A DNA stretch of 64,000 nt from Fibrobacteria bacterium (GCA_050294405.1 JBNKOC010000011.1:32001-96000), one strand, 5' to 3'; shown: positions 20,122 through 29,027, counted from the first letter of the stretch. Numbers and translations: made by a program. Notes: generated by a model not told the origin, from the sequence alone.

Positions 20122-20598
20122 TTATCTTGCTCCTTGACGGAGAAGATGGCAGTAGGCTACTGCCAGAGCATCTGCCGCATCAGACGGTTTGGGAGCTTCT
20201 TTAAGCATTAAAACCTTTTGGACCATTTTACTCACCTGACTTTTGCTGGCGCTTCCCAATCCCACCACAGACTTTTTTACTACCCTGGCTTCGTACTCGA
20301 ACACTGGAACCTTTTCATTAAAAGCGGCCGTCATAAGGCAACCTCTAACATGTCCCAATATCAAGGCGGCGTTGGGGTACTCAGCCACAAATGCTTTTTC
20401 CAGTGAAAGGGCATCTGGCTGGTACTGCTGTAAAAGGCGGCTTATTTTACTGTAAATTTCTCCCAGCCTATCCGGTAGGGGAGTCTTTGGTTTTAAACGC
20501 ACCACCCCGTATTCCAGTACCCGAATTCGCTGCTGGTGCCAGCGCAAAAAAGCGTAACCAGTGACATTGGATCCCGGATCTATGCCAACTACAATCAA
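20122..20598 (-). CDS. ruvC: Crossover junction endodeoxyribonuclease RuvC
   Basis: GIDPGS..TGY, DAADALAVA. Confidence 0.97.
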   Translation of the reverse strand: MIVVGIDPGSNVTGYAFLRWHQQRIRVLEYGVVRLKPKTPLPDRLGEIYSKISRLLQQYQPDALSLEKAFVAEYPNAALILGHVRGCLMTAAFNEKVPVFEYEARVVKKSVVGLGSASKSQVSKMVQKVLMLKEAPKPSDAADALAVAYCHLLRQGAR

Positions 20599-20718
20599 AA
20601 AATGGTCCTTTCGCCCTTATGCTTCGTTATGCTCATCCTCCACATCCTCACTTATAGGAAATAAGCTCCGGTGTGTCGACTTCCCACGTCTCGCCTAAGG
20701 CCAAAATGCCTCATTTTT
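20598..20718. repeat. ~120-bp imperfect palindromic intergenic element (REP/MITE-like)
   Basis: AAAAATG...CATTTTT ends with nested stems CCTTA/TAAGG, CACA/TGTG, CTTAT/ATAAG; single copy in window. Confidence 0.5.
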
Positions 20719-20745
20719 AACAGACGCTTTTGCCTGACAGAAAAA

Positions 20746-21489
20746 TTATTCCTCTTCCAGATCCGCATCGGAAAATTCGGCGTTGGTGGACACGTTTTGC
20801 ACGTCGTCATTTTCGTCCAAAGCATCTAAAAGTTTAAGAGCGGATTTGGCCACATCGCCGGTTACCTGGGTTTTGGTGTCTGCAATCTTGGTGACTTCGC
20901 TGGAACTTGGAGTTAAATTATTTTTTTCAAGAACTTCCATAACTTCTTGAAAATCATTAGGTTCCATTGAAAGTTCGTATTCTTCTTCGCCGGTTTGGAT
21001 ATCTTCTACACCAGCATCAATAACTAGCTCCATCAGTTTTTCTTCATCAATTAATTCCTTGGGAATAGTGATTATTCCCTTGGATTTGAACATCCAGGCC
21101 ACCGAACCGGTTTCGCCCATGTTGCCCCCGTGCCTTGAAAAAATGTGCCGGATATCGGCTACTGTGCGAACCTTGTTGTCTGTTAGGCAATCCACCATAA
21201 TGGAAATGCCCCCTGGCCCATAGCCCTCGTAGGTGGGTTCGGTGTAATTTACATCGCTGAGTTCATTGGCGCCTTTGGCAATGGCTGTGTCGATGTTTTT
21301 GTTGGGCATGTTGGCAGCTTTGGCTTTGAGTACTGCGGTGCGCAAGCGTGGGTTGGCCTCCTGGTCTGATCCGCCCATCTTAGCCGCCACGGTGATTTCG
21401 CGGATTAGGCGGTTGAATACCTTAGCTCTGGCTGAATCGATTTTAGCTTTTTTGCGTTTGGTGGTAGCCCACTTGGAATGCCCTGACAT
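20746..21489 (-). CDS. yebC: YebC/PmpR family protein
   Basis: MSGHSKW, NPRLR, YEGYGPGG, DDVQNV. Confidence 0.96.
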   Translation of the reverse strand: MSGHSKWATTKRKKAKIDSARAKVFNRLIREITVAAKMGGSDQEANPRLRTAVLKAKAANMPNKNIDTAIAKGANELSDVNYTEPTYEGYGPGGISIMVDCLTDNKVRTVADIRHIFSRHGGNMGETGSVAWMFKSKGIITIPKELIDEEKLMELVIDAGVEDIQTGEEEYELSMEPNDFQEVMEVLEKNNLTPSSSEVTKIADTKTQVTGDVAKSALKLLDALDENDDVQNVSTNAEFSDADLEEE

Positions 21490-21732
21490 AGATAAAAACC
21501 CTCGAAAAGTGAATCGTAAAATTGGAAATATAAATTATGAAATTCGGATGGATATATAAATAAGTTAGCCTGTTTTTGACAAATTCTCAGGCTAATTTCC
21601 CTTTATTTTTGCCTGCCTAAATTTGATTGGTCCCTCTATAGCCCCTGTGTTTTTATCTTCCTGCAAGTGGTCAGTGGAATAAAATTTTTTTTTGTGAATT
21701 CAAATCAATTCAAATTGATAGGGCTCATAATG

Positions 21733-21845
21733 CCCACCGGAAAAGTCTGCAGAATTCTCAGATCGGGTTAAAGATGCAAGTTGAAAATGAAGCTAAGATT
21801 TAAGCAGCTTTAAAGGTTCTTCGAATTGCAGCCTTCATGGCTGGG
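21733..21845. repeat. ~115-bp palindromic repeat, copy 1
   Basis: CCCACCGGAAAAGTCTGCAGAATTCTCAG...GCAGCTTTAAAGGTTCTTCGAATTGCAGCCTTCATGGCTGGG; aligns with copies 2 and 3. Confidence 0.9.
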
Positions 21846-21848
21846 GGA

Positions 21849-22475
21849 TTAATCCTTATTGCCGTTTGAAAGTGAGAAATCATCGTTTGTGTATAGGCCG
21901 ACTTTTTCACTTTTTTGAATAACATTCTTTGCAAAATCCCAAAGTTCTTTGGAGGCATCTTCAATGTGCTTCTTTTTTTCAATTACCTGCGACGTTTTTA
22001 CTTTGTGTTCGAAATATTTTTTGTTTTGAGTTAATAAATGATTCATTAGGGGTTGAAGTGAATCAATTGACCGAGCGTATTTCGCTTTGGGTGAGACCAT
22101 TTCTTCGAATTCTTCCCATAAATGAAGCAGTTCATTTCCAATAATTTCAGGAAGTAAACCAAAAATTCTTTTGGCGGCCTTTGCTTCAAGCACTGCTTTT
22201 GATTTGTTTGACTCATTGTCATAAAGAAATGTGTCTCCAACATCTACTTCCACAATGTCGTGAATAAGGAGCATTTTGATCACTTTAACTAAATCGATTG
22301 TTTTATCATTCGAAAAATCAAAAAGAATTATAGCCATGATTGCAATGTGCCAGGAGTGTTCGGCGCTATTTTCATTTCTTGAATTACCTAGAACCGAGTT
22401 TTGCCGATAGGTAATCTTGAGTTTTTCAATTTCGTTTATAAAATTAACGCATTTCAAAAGTTTTTTCGAAATCAT
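21849..22475 (-). CDS. HD-domain hydrolase (YfbR/HDDC2-like)
   Basis: ENSAEHSWH, MLLIHDIVE..GD, LWEEFE. Confidence 0.9.
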   Translation of the reverse strand: MISKKLLKCVNFINEIEKLKITYRQNSVLGNSRNENSAEHSWHIAIMAIILFDFSNDKTIDLVKVIKMLLIHDIVEVDVGDTFLYDNESNKSKAVLEAKAAKRIFGLLPEIIGNELLHLWEEFEEMVSPKAKYARSIDSLQPLMNHLLTQNKKYFEHKVKTSQVIEKKKHIEDASKELWDFAKNVIQKSEKVGLYTNDDFSLSNGNKD

Positions 22476-22594
22476 AAGTTTCCTCTCGAAGCCTCAATAA
22501 AGCATTTTTCTAAACTATCGACAAACAATGGTGTTTGTGGATATAAACTTTCCCAGTCTTGATCCATAAAAAAATTACCAAGGAATCCTTTGTG
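22472..22594 (-). pseudogene. Probable 3' fragment of a gene truncated at repeat copy 2
   Basis: Open frame HKGFLGNFFMDQDWESLYPQTPLFVDSLEKCFIEASRGNL* whose TGA overlaps the HD gene ATG (ATGA); begins at the repeat edge. Confidence 0.4.
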
Positions 22595-22597
22595 TCA

Positions 22598-22711
22598 TCC
22601 ACCCGAAAAGTCTGCAGAATTCTCAGAACTGGTTAAAGCTGCATAGTGAAAATGAAATTAAGATTTAAGCAGCTTTAAAGGTTCCTCTAATTTGCAGTCT
22701 TTTTGGATGGG
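22598..22711. repeat. ~115-bp palindromic repeat, copy 2
   Basis: TCCACCCGAAAAGTCTGCAGAATTCTCAGAACTGGTTAAAGCTGCAT...GCAGCTTTAAAGGTTCCTCTAATTTGCAGTCTTTTTGGATGGG. Confidence 0.9.
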
Positions 22712-22871
22712 AAGGGAAATCTAATTTAGGGAAGCCCCTCAGCAACCTTGATTTATTTTTACCCGTTTATCGTTTAAAAACATTTATTCCCTAAAATAGA
22801 ACTTCGCTCCTGGGTCTATTAAAAGTAAATTTCGGTGGAGAAGAAATTGGCCACCCTTACAGGAGACAGTC

Positions 22872-23333
22872 ATGAATAAAGTGACACCTTTTCTCATGTT
22901 CAACGATCAACTCGAAGCGGCGATAAAATTCTACACCTCAACCTTTCCGAACTCCAAAGTACGCAATGTTGCCCGCTCAGGCAAGGATGGTCCTATCAAC
23001 TCCGCAGAGTTCGTTGTTGGCGGTCAGGTCTTCATGGGGTACAATGGAGGGCCGTACTTCAGTTTCTCTGAGGGGGTCTCGTTTTACGTGGACTGCGCAG
23101 ACCAAGATGAAGTGGATGAATACTGGGACAAATTCTTGAAGGCAGGAGCGAATCCCACGCAATGTGGATGGATCAAAGATCCCTTTGGGCTCTCCTGGCA
23201 AATTGTCCCGAGACGATTCACCGAGTTGATCGCTGACAAAGACTCCAGGAAGGTGAAGGCCGTGATGGAAGCCATGATGACCATGGTGAAGCTAGACGTC
23301 GCTGAACTGGAGAAGGCCTACAATGAGGCTTAA
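22872..23333 (+). CDS. VOC family protein (PhnB / 3-demethylubiquinone-9 methyltransferase-like)
   Basis: KVTPFLMF, NGGPYF.FSEGVSF.V.C..Q.EVD.YW, CGWIKDPFGLSWQIVP; AGGAG RBS. Confidence 0.92.
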   Translation: MNKVTPFLMFNDQLEAAIKFYTSTFPNSKVRNVARSGKDGPINSAEFVVGGQVFMGYNGGPYFSFSEGVSFYVDCADQDEVDEYWDKFLKAGANPTQCGWIKDPFGLSWQIVPRRFTELIADKDSRKVKAVMEAMMTMVKLDVAELEKAYNEA

Positions 23334-23384
23334 CTGTAATCTTTTATAACCTTTTGTGCCTTCCCATCCCAAAAATTTAAGAAA

Positions 23385-23500
23385 CCCCACCCGAAAAGCC
23401 TACAGAATTCTCAAAACTGGTTAAACCTGCATGGTGAAGTGGAGTTTAGGATTTATGCAGCTTTAAAGGTTCCTCGAATTTGCAGCCTTCCCGGGTGGGG
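23385..23500. repeat. ~115-bp palindromic repeat, copy 3
   Basis: CCCCACCCGAAAAGCCTACAGAATTCTC...GAATTTGCAGCCTTCCCGGGTGGGG; 9-bp perfect terminal IR. Confidence 0.9.
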
Positions 23501-23561
23501 AAATCAGGCTGGAAGAAAACTGTTAGAGGTCTCAGTTTATGTTTGCGTGGTATAGGGCTAA

Positions 23562-23954
23562 TTGAGTGTTGGTCAGGAGGAAACTCTTAAGCTTTTAATG
23601 AGACCTGCGTGGAGTATACTATTGGAATTCAAATGCTTGGACGGTTGTTTGCGATCATATATAGGGTTGTCTGGACTGCGGATTGAAATGGAAATTATTT
23701 TTCAAAACTTATTGAGGGGATGGAATATTAAATCAGATAAATATGAATCGCCGACACGCATTCTCAGAAAATTATATGAGGTACATGCTATTACTTCACA
23801 GCAGTACGAGTTGGCAGCTCAAGTATTAAGGTTATGTAACAAAGCCGTTCATGGGGAACTTGTTTCCAGGAATGATGCGCTCAGGGTTCTGGAAGTTTCA
23901 GTAACTTTGGTTGAGCAATATATTTCTTGGCTAAGTTGGGGGTTTAAAGACTAA
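23562..23954 (+). pseudogene. Probable C-terminal fragment of a DUF4145/HEPN-like helical protein
   Basis: LSGLRIEME...VLRLCNKAVHG resembles an Rx4H-type helix; N-terminal part looks non-native, TTG start without clear RBS. Confidence 0.45.
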
Positions 23955-24075
23955 TAATACAGCTTCAATAAATTAGAAGTCAGATCCATGGCGCAGTGTA
24001 ACATCGTAATAACTCCAACTCTTCCCGCAGCAAGATAAAAAGCAAGTGTAAGAACAATAAGGAATTATAATAAAC

Positions 24076-25647
24076 TTAATTAGGCGAATTTTCTTTAAAA
24101 TAACTTTCAATAGATAAGCTAAGTCTTTGTGCTATATCATCTTGTCCCTTTTTTGAGGCCATGTATTTGCGATCCTGGGAGTTGGTGATAAAGCCCATTT
24201 CAAAAAGCACGGCTGGCATAAAGGTACCCACTAGCACAAAAAAACCAGCCTGGTGCGCGCCGGTTCTATGCTTGCGGATTTTGCCTCCGTCAAAGTGATT
24301 CACAATGGATTCGGCCAGCTTTTCGCTTTGGTGAGAATAGAGGTTGAGCTCGTGTTCCAGTAATATCCATTCCACCGCCGAGATTTCCGTTTTCTTGCTT
24401 TTGTCGGTGCTGGTTTTTATAGCTTGGTTCTCCCGGCGGGCCAGGGCCTTGTCTTCGTCGCTTTCGCCAGCTCTTAAGATGTATGCCACAAATCCCTTAA
24501 TGGTTTCCAGCTTTTTGGGGCTGCCGTCAATGGCGTTGCAGTGGAGGGATATAAACAAGTCACCTCCGTTTTTAGTGGCAAACTGAGGCCGCTCTGCCAG
24601 GGTTAGGTACTTGTCCTTTTCACGGGTGAGCAAAACCTTGTAGCCCATTTTCTCTAGTTTCTTTTTCAGCTTTTTGCCGATTTGCAAAGTGATGGTTTTT
24701 TCGTTGTGCCTGGAATGTTGGGCGCCGGGATCTTTGCCACCATGGCCAGGGTCGATAATAATTGTTTTTTTGGCCTTTTGATCGGGGGGAGATTTATCCT
24801 TAAAGGCATCGCTGATATTTTCCACTTTTTTACGAATCAACAGTGACAATGAACTGGACCCTTTTTCACTGATTACCTCCACCGTATCTACAGGTCGGGG
24901 AATGTACAAGGTAACCTGGGCCACGCTGTCTTCCTGGATAGTGCTGATTTTTTCAACCAAATTGCCCTTGTATTGGGTGGGGGTAAGGAGCTCCCGGTTT
25001 AGTCGTCCCTTTTTAAAATTGAGAATGTAATGGGGAGGCACCCAAAGGCTTTGAAACTCAAGGGGTTCCAAAAGGTGTATGTCGACCAACGAGCCGTTTT
25101 CCCGGGATTCGTGATGGATACTCAAAATGTTTCCGGTACCGATTTCAAACACAATGGTGGCGGCGCTTTGATCGTAGCGAATCTGATAATGCAGGTTAGT
25201 GGACAGCACTTGCAGGAGCGGTTGGATGGGCAAATAAATATCCGAAGCACTGCGGAAAATGGGGTAGGTTAGGTTGAATATTTCATCGCCGGTGGCGATA
25301 AAACTTCCGTCCACCACCAGTTTCCAGATATCGCCCTTGGGGCCAGGAATGGCGAAAATTTGTTCCAGCGGGCTGTAGTGTCCTTCTTTTTTAAAGGCAA
25401 ACTCCAGCAATTTGTGGGATACATAGGCAATTTCTCCCAGGCTGGAATCGGGAATACTTTCTTCGCCAATAACATGCTTGGCACTTATCATTTTTAGATT
25501 CAAAGCGGGAGATGGTGTAAAAAATACACTAAGTAGTAAGCAAAGGAAGCTTAAGCTGCGAAAGGAAATTCCCGGAAAAAAGCTTATGCCTTCATTGGAA
25601 AACCCGGAGAAAAAGCTGCGACCCAATTTTTTCTGCGCAGTCTTCAT
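24076..25647 (-). CDS. N-acetylmuramoyl-L-alanine amidase (Amidase_3)
   Basis: IIIDPGHGGKDPGA, E, LFISLHCNA, PAVLFEMGF. Confidence 0.93.
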   Translation of the reverse strand: MKTAQKKLGRSFFSGFSNEGISFFPGISFRSLSFLCLLLSVFFTPSPALNLKMISAKHVIGEESIPDSSLGEIAYVSHKLLEFAFKKEGHYSPLEQIFAIPGPKGDIWKLVVDGSFIATGDEIFNLTYPIFRSASDIYLPIQPLLQVLSTNLHYQIRYDQSAATIVFEIGTGNILSIHHESRENGSLVDIHLLEPLEFQSLWVPPHYILNFKKGRLNRELLTPTQYKGNLVEKISTIQEDSVAQVTLYIPRPVDTVEVISEKGSSSLSLLIRKKVENISDAFKDKSPPDQKAKKTIIIDPGHGGKDPGAQHSRHNEKTITLQIGKKLKKKLEKMGYKVLLTREKDKYLTLAERPQFATKNGGDLFISLHCNAIDGSPKKLETIKGFVAYILRAGESDEDKALARRENQAIKTSTDKSKKTEISAVEWILLEHELNLYSHQSEKLAESIVNHFDGGKIRKHRTGAHQAGFFVLVGTFMPAVLFEMGFITNSQDRKYMASKKGQDDIAQRLSLSIESYFKENSPN

Positions 25648-26108
25648 TACATGCGGCCTTGTTTCATAACTCTGTCGATTTGCCTTTTGGCTTCGGCATT
25701 GGTTTTATCCTGCCGTTTGTCGCCCTTGCTTTTTCCTTTGGCGATGGCGATTTCCACTTTGGCCCAGCGTCCTTTAAGGTAAATTTTTGTGGGCACCAGG
25801 GTTTGGCCCAAGCGCTCAATGGCCATTTGCATTTTGTGAAGTTCTTTGGGGTGCACCAGCAGCTTGCGCTCCCGCCCCGGACTGTGGTTAAAACGGTTGC
25901 CCATTTCGTACTCCTCAATATGGGCATTTAGCAAATACAGCTCGCCCTTTTTATTGATGTGGCCGTAAGCCTCATTAATCACCACCTTGCCCGCCCGCAG
26001 GGATTTAATCTCCGTACCTGTTAACACCAGGCCGCATTCGAAAAACTGCAGCAACTGGTAATTAAATTTGGCCTTCCGATTGTTGACAATCACCTGCATG
26101 CCCAGCAA
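25647..26108 (-). CDS. smpB: SsrA-binding protein SmpB
   Basis: NRKAKFNY, GLVLTGTEIKSLR, RERKLL, KGK..DKR; start possibly ATG at 26099. Confidence 0.97.
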   Translation of the reverse strand: MLGMQVIVNNRKAKFNYQLLQFFECGLVLTGTEIKSLRAGKVVINEAYGHINKKGELYLLNAHIEEYEMGNRFNHSPGRERKLLVHPKELHKMQMAIERLGQTLVPTKIYLKGRWAKVEIAIAKGKSKGDKRQDKTNAEAKRQIDRVMKQGRM

Positions 26109-26259
26109 GATACAATTTTTTTTGATTTTTTGGGGGGCAGTAAATAGGGCAACGGTATCGTATTTCCTCTTGGAAATTGGGGCTGTGTGGATTCAGTACA
26201 GCCCCTTGAGAATTTCAGCCCGGCATTTCATGGGTCCTACCCGAAAAAACTCAGGCTCA

Positions 26260-26985
26260 TTAACCCCAGGGACACTTTTTACAATTGGAGTAACCCCCCT
26301 TTCCTTTTCCTCTTTTGGGACCATGGGAATTCATCTTTTGTTTTTGTTCTTCTGTGAGAATGTTATTAAGGCTGGCTATAAAGTTTTGCCTTGAGTTTAT
26401 CATGGCAGCCTTGTGGCTTTCTCTGCTGTCGGCGCTTTTTTTGATATCCAATTTGTCCTGCATAGACTTTTGTAAAATCGGTTTTATTTGCTCCAGCTGT
26501 TCACTGCTTAAACCCAGATGCTCCTGCATACGGTTTAGCCTTTGCTCTACCAATACATCAGGGATAATGCCGGATTCAAGACTGGAATAAATTTCCTCGG
26601 CAAGTTGTTTCTGATCCTCGGTTAAAATAGGCTTTAAGTTTTGATACATAGATTCCATATGGGCCTTTTTGGCACTTTGAATTTCCTCAAAACCGGCTCC
26701 GGAAGTTTTGAGGCTTCGCATTTCTTCCCGGAACTCCTGGCGGTCGGGTAGGGCGGTCTGAAGCTTTTCCTTTTGCTCATCTGTGAGATTGAGAACATCA
26801 AAAGCCAGCATGCCATGTCCGGGGTGGCCCATAAATGCTCCGGGACTATCTTCCGCTACAAAGGCGGCTTCTTTAGCCAGTCCGTTTCTGTTTTCCATGC
26901 CGTTTACTTGTTCGGATTTGAGACAGCCGTTGAATAATAACATCAGAGAGAATGTAACTCCCGGAATCGTGATTTTGTGTTTCAT
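26260..26985 (-). CDS. Spy/CpxP-like (LTXXQ motif) lipoprotein
   Basis: Lipobox FNGC; repeated LNLTDEQ / ILTEDQ / LSSEQ / ILTEEQ motifs. Confidence 0.75.
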   Translation of the reverse strand: MKHKITIPGVTFSLMLLFNGCLKSEQVNGMENRNGLAKEAAFVAEDSPGAFMGHPGHGMLAFDVLNLTDEQKEKLQTALPDRQEFREEMRSLKTSGAGFEEIQSAKKAHMESMYQNLKPILTEDQKQLAEEIYSSLESGIIPDVLVEQRLNRMQEHLGLSSEQLEQIKPILQKSMQDKLDIKKSADSRESHKAAMINSRQNFIASLNNILTEEQKQKMNSHGPKRGKGKGGYSNCKKCPWG

Positions 26986-27031
26986 AATTTTTTCCTCCGT
27001 TGAGGTTGAGGGGTGAATAACATGTTTATTG

Positions 27032-27060
27032 TTAGACTCCCGGCGGAAAAAATTTATTCC
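27032..27060 (-). promoter_or_regulatory. ECF sigma promoter GGAATA-N17-GTCTAA upstream of Spy-like gene
   Basis: Same hexamers and spacing as the site upstream of the ECF sigma gene. Confidence 0.8.
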
Positions 27061-27111
27061 GATTTTTTTTTGGAACTTATAAAAACGGAATGTCTCTTCA
27101 CGGGTTCAAAT

Positions 27112-27567
27112 CTACGGCCCGAATCTTTCCGAGTCCCCGCCCGGAGGGTGTTTAAAAAAATGCCTCATCCCGCGGCGGTGGGGCATGGATTTAAAAAACT
27201 CATCCAGCTTGCCCGCTTGTTCCTCATTTAAAAGGGGAATAATTTTTTCCCTTTGTTCCTGCATCAGGGAAAAGACGCTGTCACGGGATGTGTTGATAAT
27301 AAGGTGGATTTTTTGGAAGGCCTCCGCTAAAATGGGTTCTATTTCTTTTTGCTGGGCTTCATTTAAATTCAGCTGCCGTGTCATGCGGTTTAAAATTTTC
27401 TGAGGATTTGGTCCTCTCTGTCCATGTTGTCTCCCTTCGAAACCGTGTCCATTAGCTGAATAGGAATAGGCTTTCTTTAAAACCAAGGTTGTGGACAGCG
27501 TGCCGATGAGAACCCCTATTCCCAGGGTCCCTACAATAATAAGCCAGGACTTAAATCGAATGTTCAA
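27112..27567 (-). CDS. Membrane-anchored periplasmic LTXXQ-type protein
   Basis: N-terminal TM, LNLNEAQ and LLNEEQ motifs; coupled to the anti-sigma gene. Confidence 0.7.
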   Translation of the reverse strand: MNIRFKSWLIIVGTLGIGVLIGTLSTTLVLKKAYSYSANGHGFEGRQHGQRGPNPQKILNRMTRQLNLNEAQQKEIEPILAEAFQKIHLIINTSRDSVFSLMQEQREKIIPLLNEEQAGKLDEFFKSMPHRRGMRHFFKHPPGGDSERFGP

Positions 27568-27896
27568 AATACCACCTCGTAGATTTGATTGGAAACTCCA
27601 TCGGCAAGATCGCTGACAGAATAGAAATTTTCAGGTTCCCCGGAAGCGCTGTGGGTCTTCTTTCCTATGGGGGATAAGTTGATGGCAATCAACACAATTA
27701 TCAAAGCGGCTCCGGCAAAGCTCACCCGCTTAAATACCCAGAACAACGATGTCCAATAGCCCTCCTCTTCATGGGATATGGGGTTCCAATCGGGTAAATG
27801 TTCCAACACTCTTTCAGAAAACCCCTGAGAGAAGCCTTTGCTTTCCATTTTAGCAAATGCCCTCAGTTTTTTTTCCATGTCATCCATACACGCCAA
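27564..27896 (-). CDS. Putative single-TM anti-sigma factor
   Basis: Directly follows ECF sigma; GFSERVL motif and one TM helix. Confidence 0.65.
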   Translation of the reverse strand: MACMDDMEKKLRAFAKMESKGFSQGFSERVLEHLPDWNPISHEEEGYWTSLFWVFKRVSFAGAALIIVLIAINLSPIGKKTHSASGEPENFYSVSDLADGVSNQIYEVVF

Positions 27897-28425
27897 CCTC
27901 CTTTTGGGCGTACCATTTTTTCAATTTACGCTGGGCCCGGGAAAGTCTCGAAAGCACCGTTCCCAGGGGTATATTTAAAATTTGAGAAATTTCCTCCATG
28001 GAGGACTGGTTAAAATAGCGAAGCACTAAAATTGATTTGTATTTAAGATCCAATGAGTCCAAAGCCTTTCTTATTTTTTCCATGTCTTCCCAATTCAAAT
28101 CGGAATCGTTGTTTTGGTTGAGGTCTTTTTCCTGGTTGCTTCGCTGCTGCATCTTTTTGTAGCGCTTGTTTTTGCGAATTTGGTTTAAGCTCTCATTGAT
28201 AGCGATTCGGGTGAGATAGGTTTTTAGCGAGGATTGTCCCTTAAAATTTTGCAATGAATAATAGAATTTGATAAACACAGTTTGCCCCACATCTTCCACT
28301 TCGGGGTGGCTGCCCAGCATGCCTCTTATGGTCCTTGCCACCGAGGCCTCGTGTTTTTCTACCAAACTCTTAAAAGCCAGGCGGTTACCCGATTTCGCGG
28401 ACTCAATTAGTTCCAGTTCTTCCAG
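27880..28425 (-). CDS. ECF RNA polymerase sigma-70 factor
   Basis: F.GQSSLKTYLTRIAIN, S.EEIS.ILNIPLGTV.SRL.RA; region-2 homology extends upstream of the TTG at 28365 to an in-frame CTG at 28425. Confidence 0.9.
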   Translation of the reverse strand: MEELELIESAKSGNRLAFKSLVEKHEASVARTIRGMLGSHPEVEDVGQTVFIKFYYSLQNFKGQSSLKTYLTRIAINESLNQIRKNKRYKKMQQRSNQEKDLNQNNDSDLNWEDMEKIRKALDSLDLKYKSILVLRYFNQSSMEEISQILNIPLGTVLSRLSRAQRKLKKWYAQKEVGVYG

Positions 28426-28480
28426 TTGTTCCGACCTTTTAACAGTCTGTTATAACTAACTTACATTCTTTTCTATTGGC

Positions 28481-28509
28481 TTAGACAACTGCTGGTGGAG
28501 AAATATTCC
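28481..28509 (-). promoter_or_regulatory. ECF autoregulatory promoter GGAATA-N17-GTCTAA
   Basis: Minus strand GGAATA-tttctccaccagcagtt-GTCTAA. Confidence 0.8.
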
Positions 28510-28667
28510 CAAATTTTAAAAATTAATTTTGGTTGGGGATATGGCTGATTAAAATCGCGCCAGTTCTCAATTTATTCCTTGGGTTAGGGGGAGATTTGAG
28601 AAAAAATGCTTTGGAAATTTTTAAAACAAAAATGTATGTTTAAAAGGCAATATCGCGCTGACCCATA

Positions 28668-29027
28668 ATGACTTGTAAATTTATTATAGCCTTCCTGATA
28701 TTATGTCAGTTGTGCCTGCTTCCAAAAAAGGTATCAGGAAATGAGGCTATGGTAACGTGGCAAATAGCCGAAACTCATTCTACGCTAAATCCATCTACAC
28801 TAAAAAAGGCTTCTTACACTGCATTTGGCTCTATTGCCGGGGGTTGTTTGTTGTTTTTGGCTGGATTTTATGCTGCCTACTACTATTACGATGGGGCTGA
28901 AATGCCTTGGCCGCATCTTCCCATAGCTTTTGGAACCGGAGCTTTAGGATCCATTGGTGGAGGGTATTTGGGGTATAAATTATCTTTTCAGTTTTTGGGA
29001 AGCTCTAATTTTCTAACAGGCAGATAA
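28668..29027 (+). CDS. Hypothetical membrane protein
   Basis: Signal-like N-terminus and two Gly-rich hydrophobic segments. Confidence 0.55.
   Translation: MTCKFIIAFLILCQLCLLPKKVSGNEAMVTWQIAETHSTLNPSTLKKASYTAFGSIAGGCLLFLAGFYAAYYYYDGAEMPWPHLPIAFGTGALGSIGGGYLGYKLSFQFLGSSNFLTGR

Noticed and set aside
21565..21595. TTAGCCTG/CAGGCTAA inverted repeat as an attI/attC-like site
   Set aside because: Core motifs are in the wrong order and the arms are short; may be chance or a weak terminator
21733..23500. CRISPR array or canonical integron attC array
   Set aside because: Repeats are ~115 bp with 670-750 bp spacers, lack RYYYAAC/GTTRRRY termini, cargo is in both orientations, and no cas or intI gene is in the window
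26109..26259. tmRNA next to smpB
   Set aside because: Interval is too short and has no tRNA-like ends; no tRNA or rRNA recognised anywhere in the window
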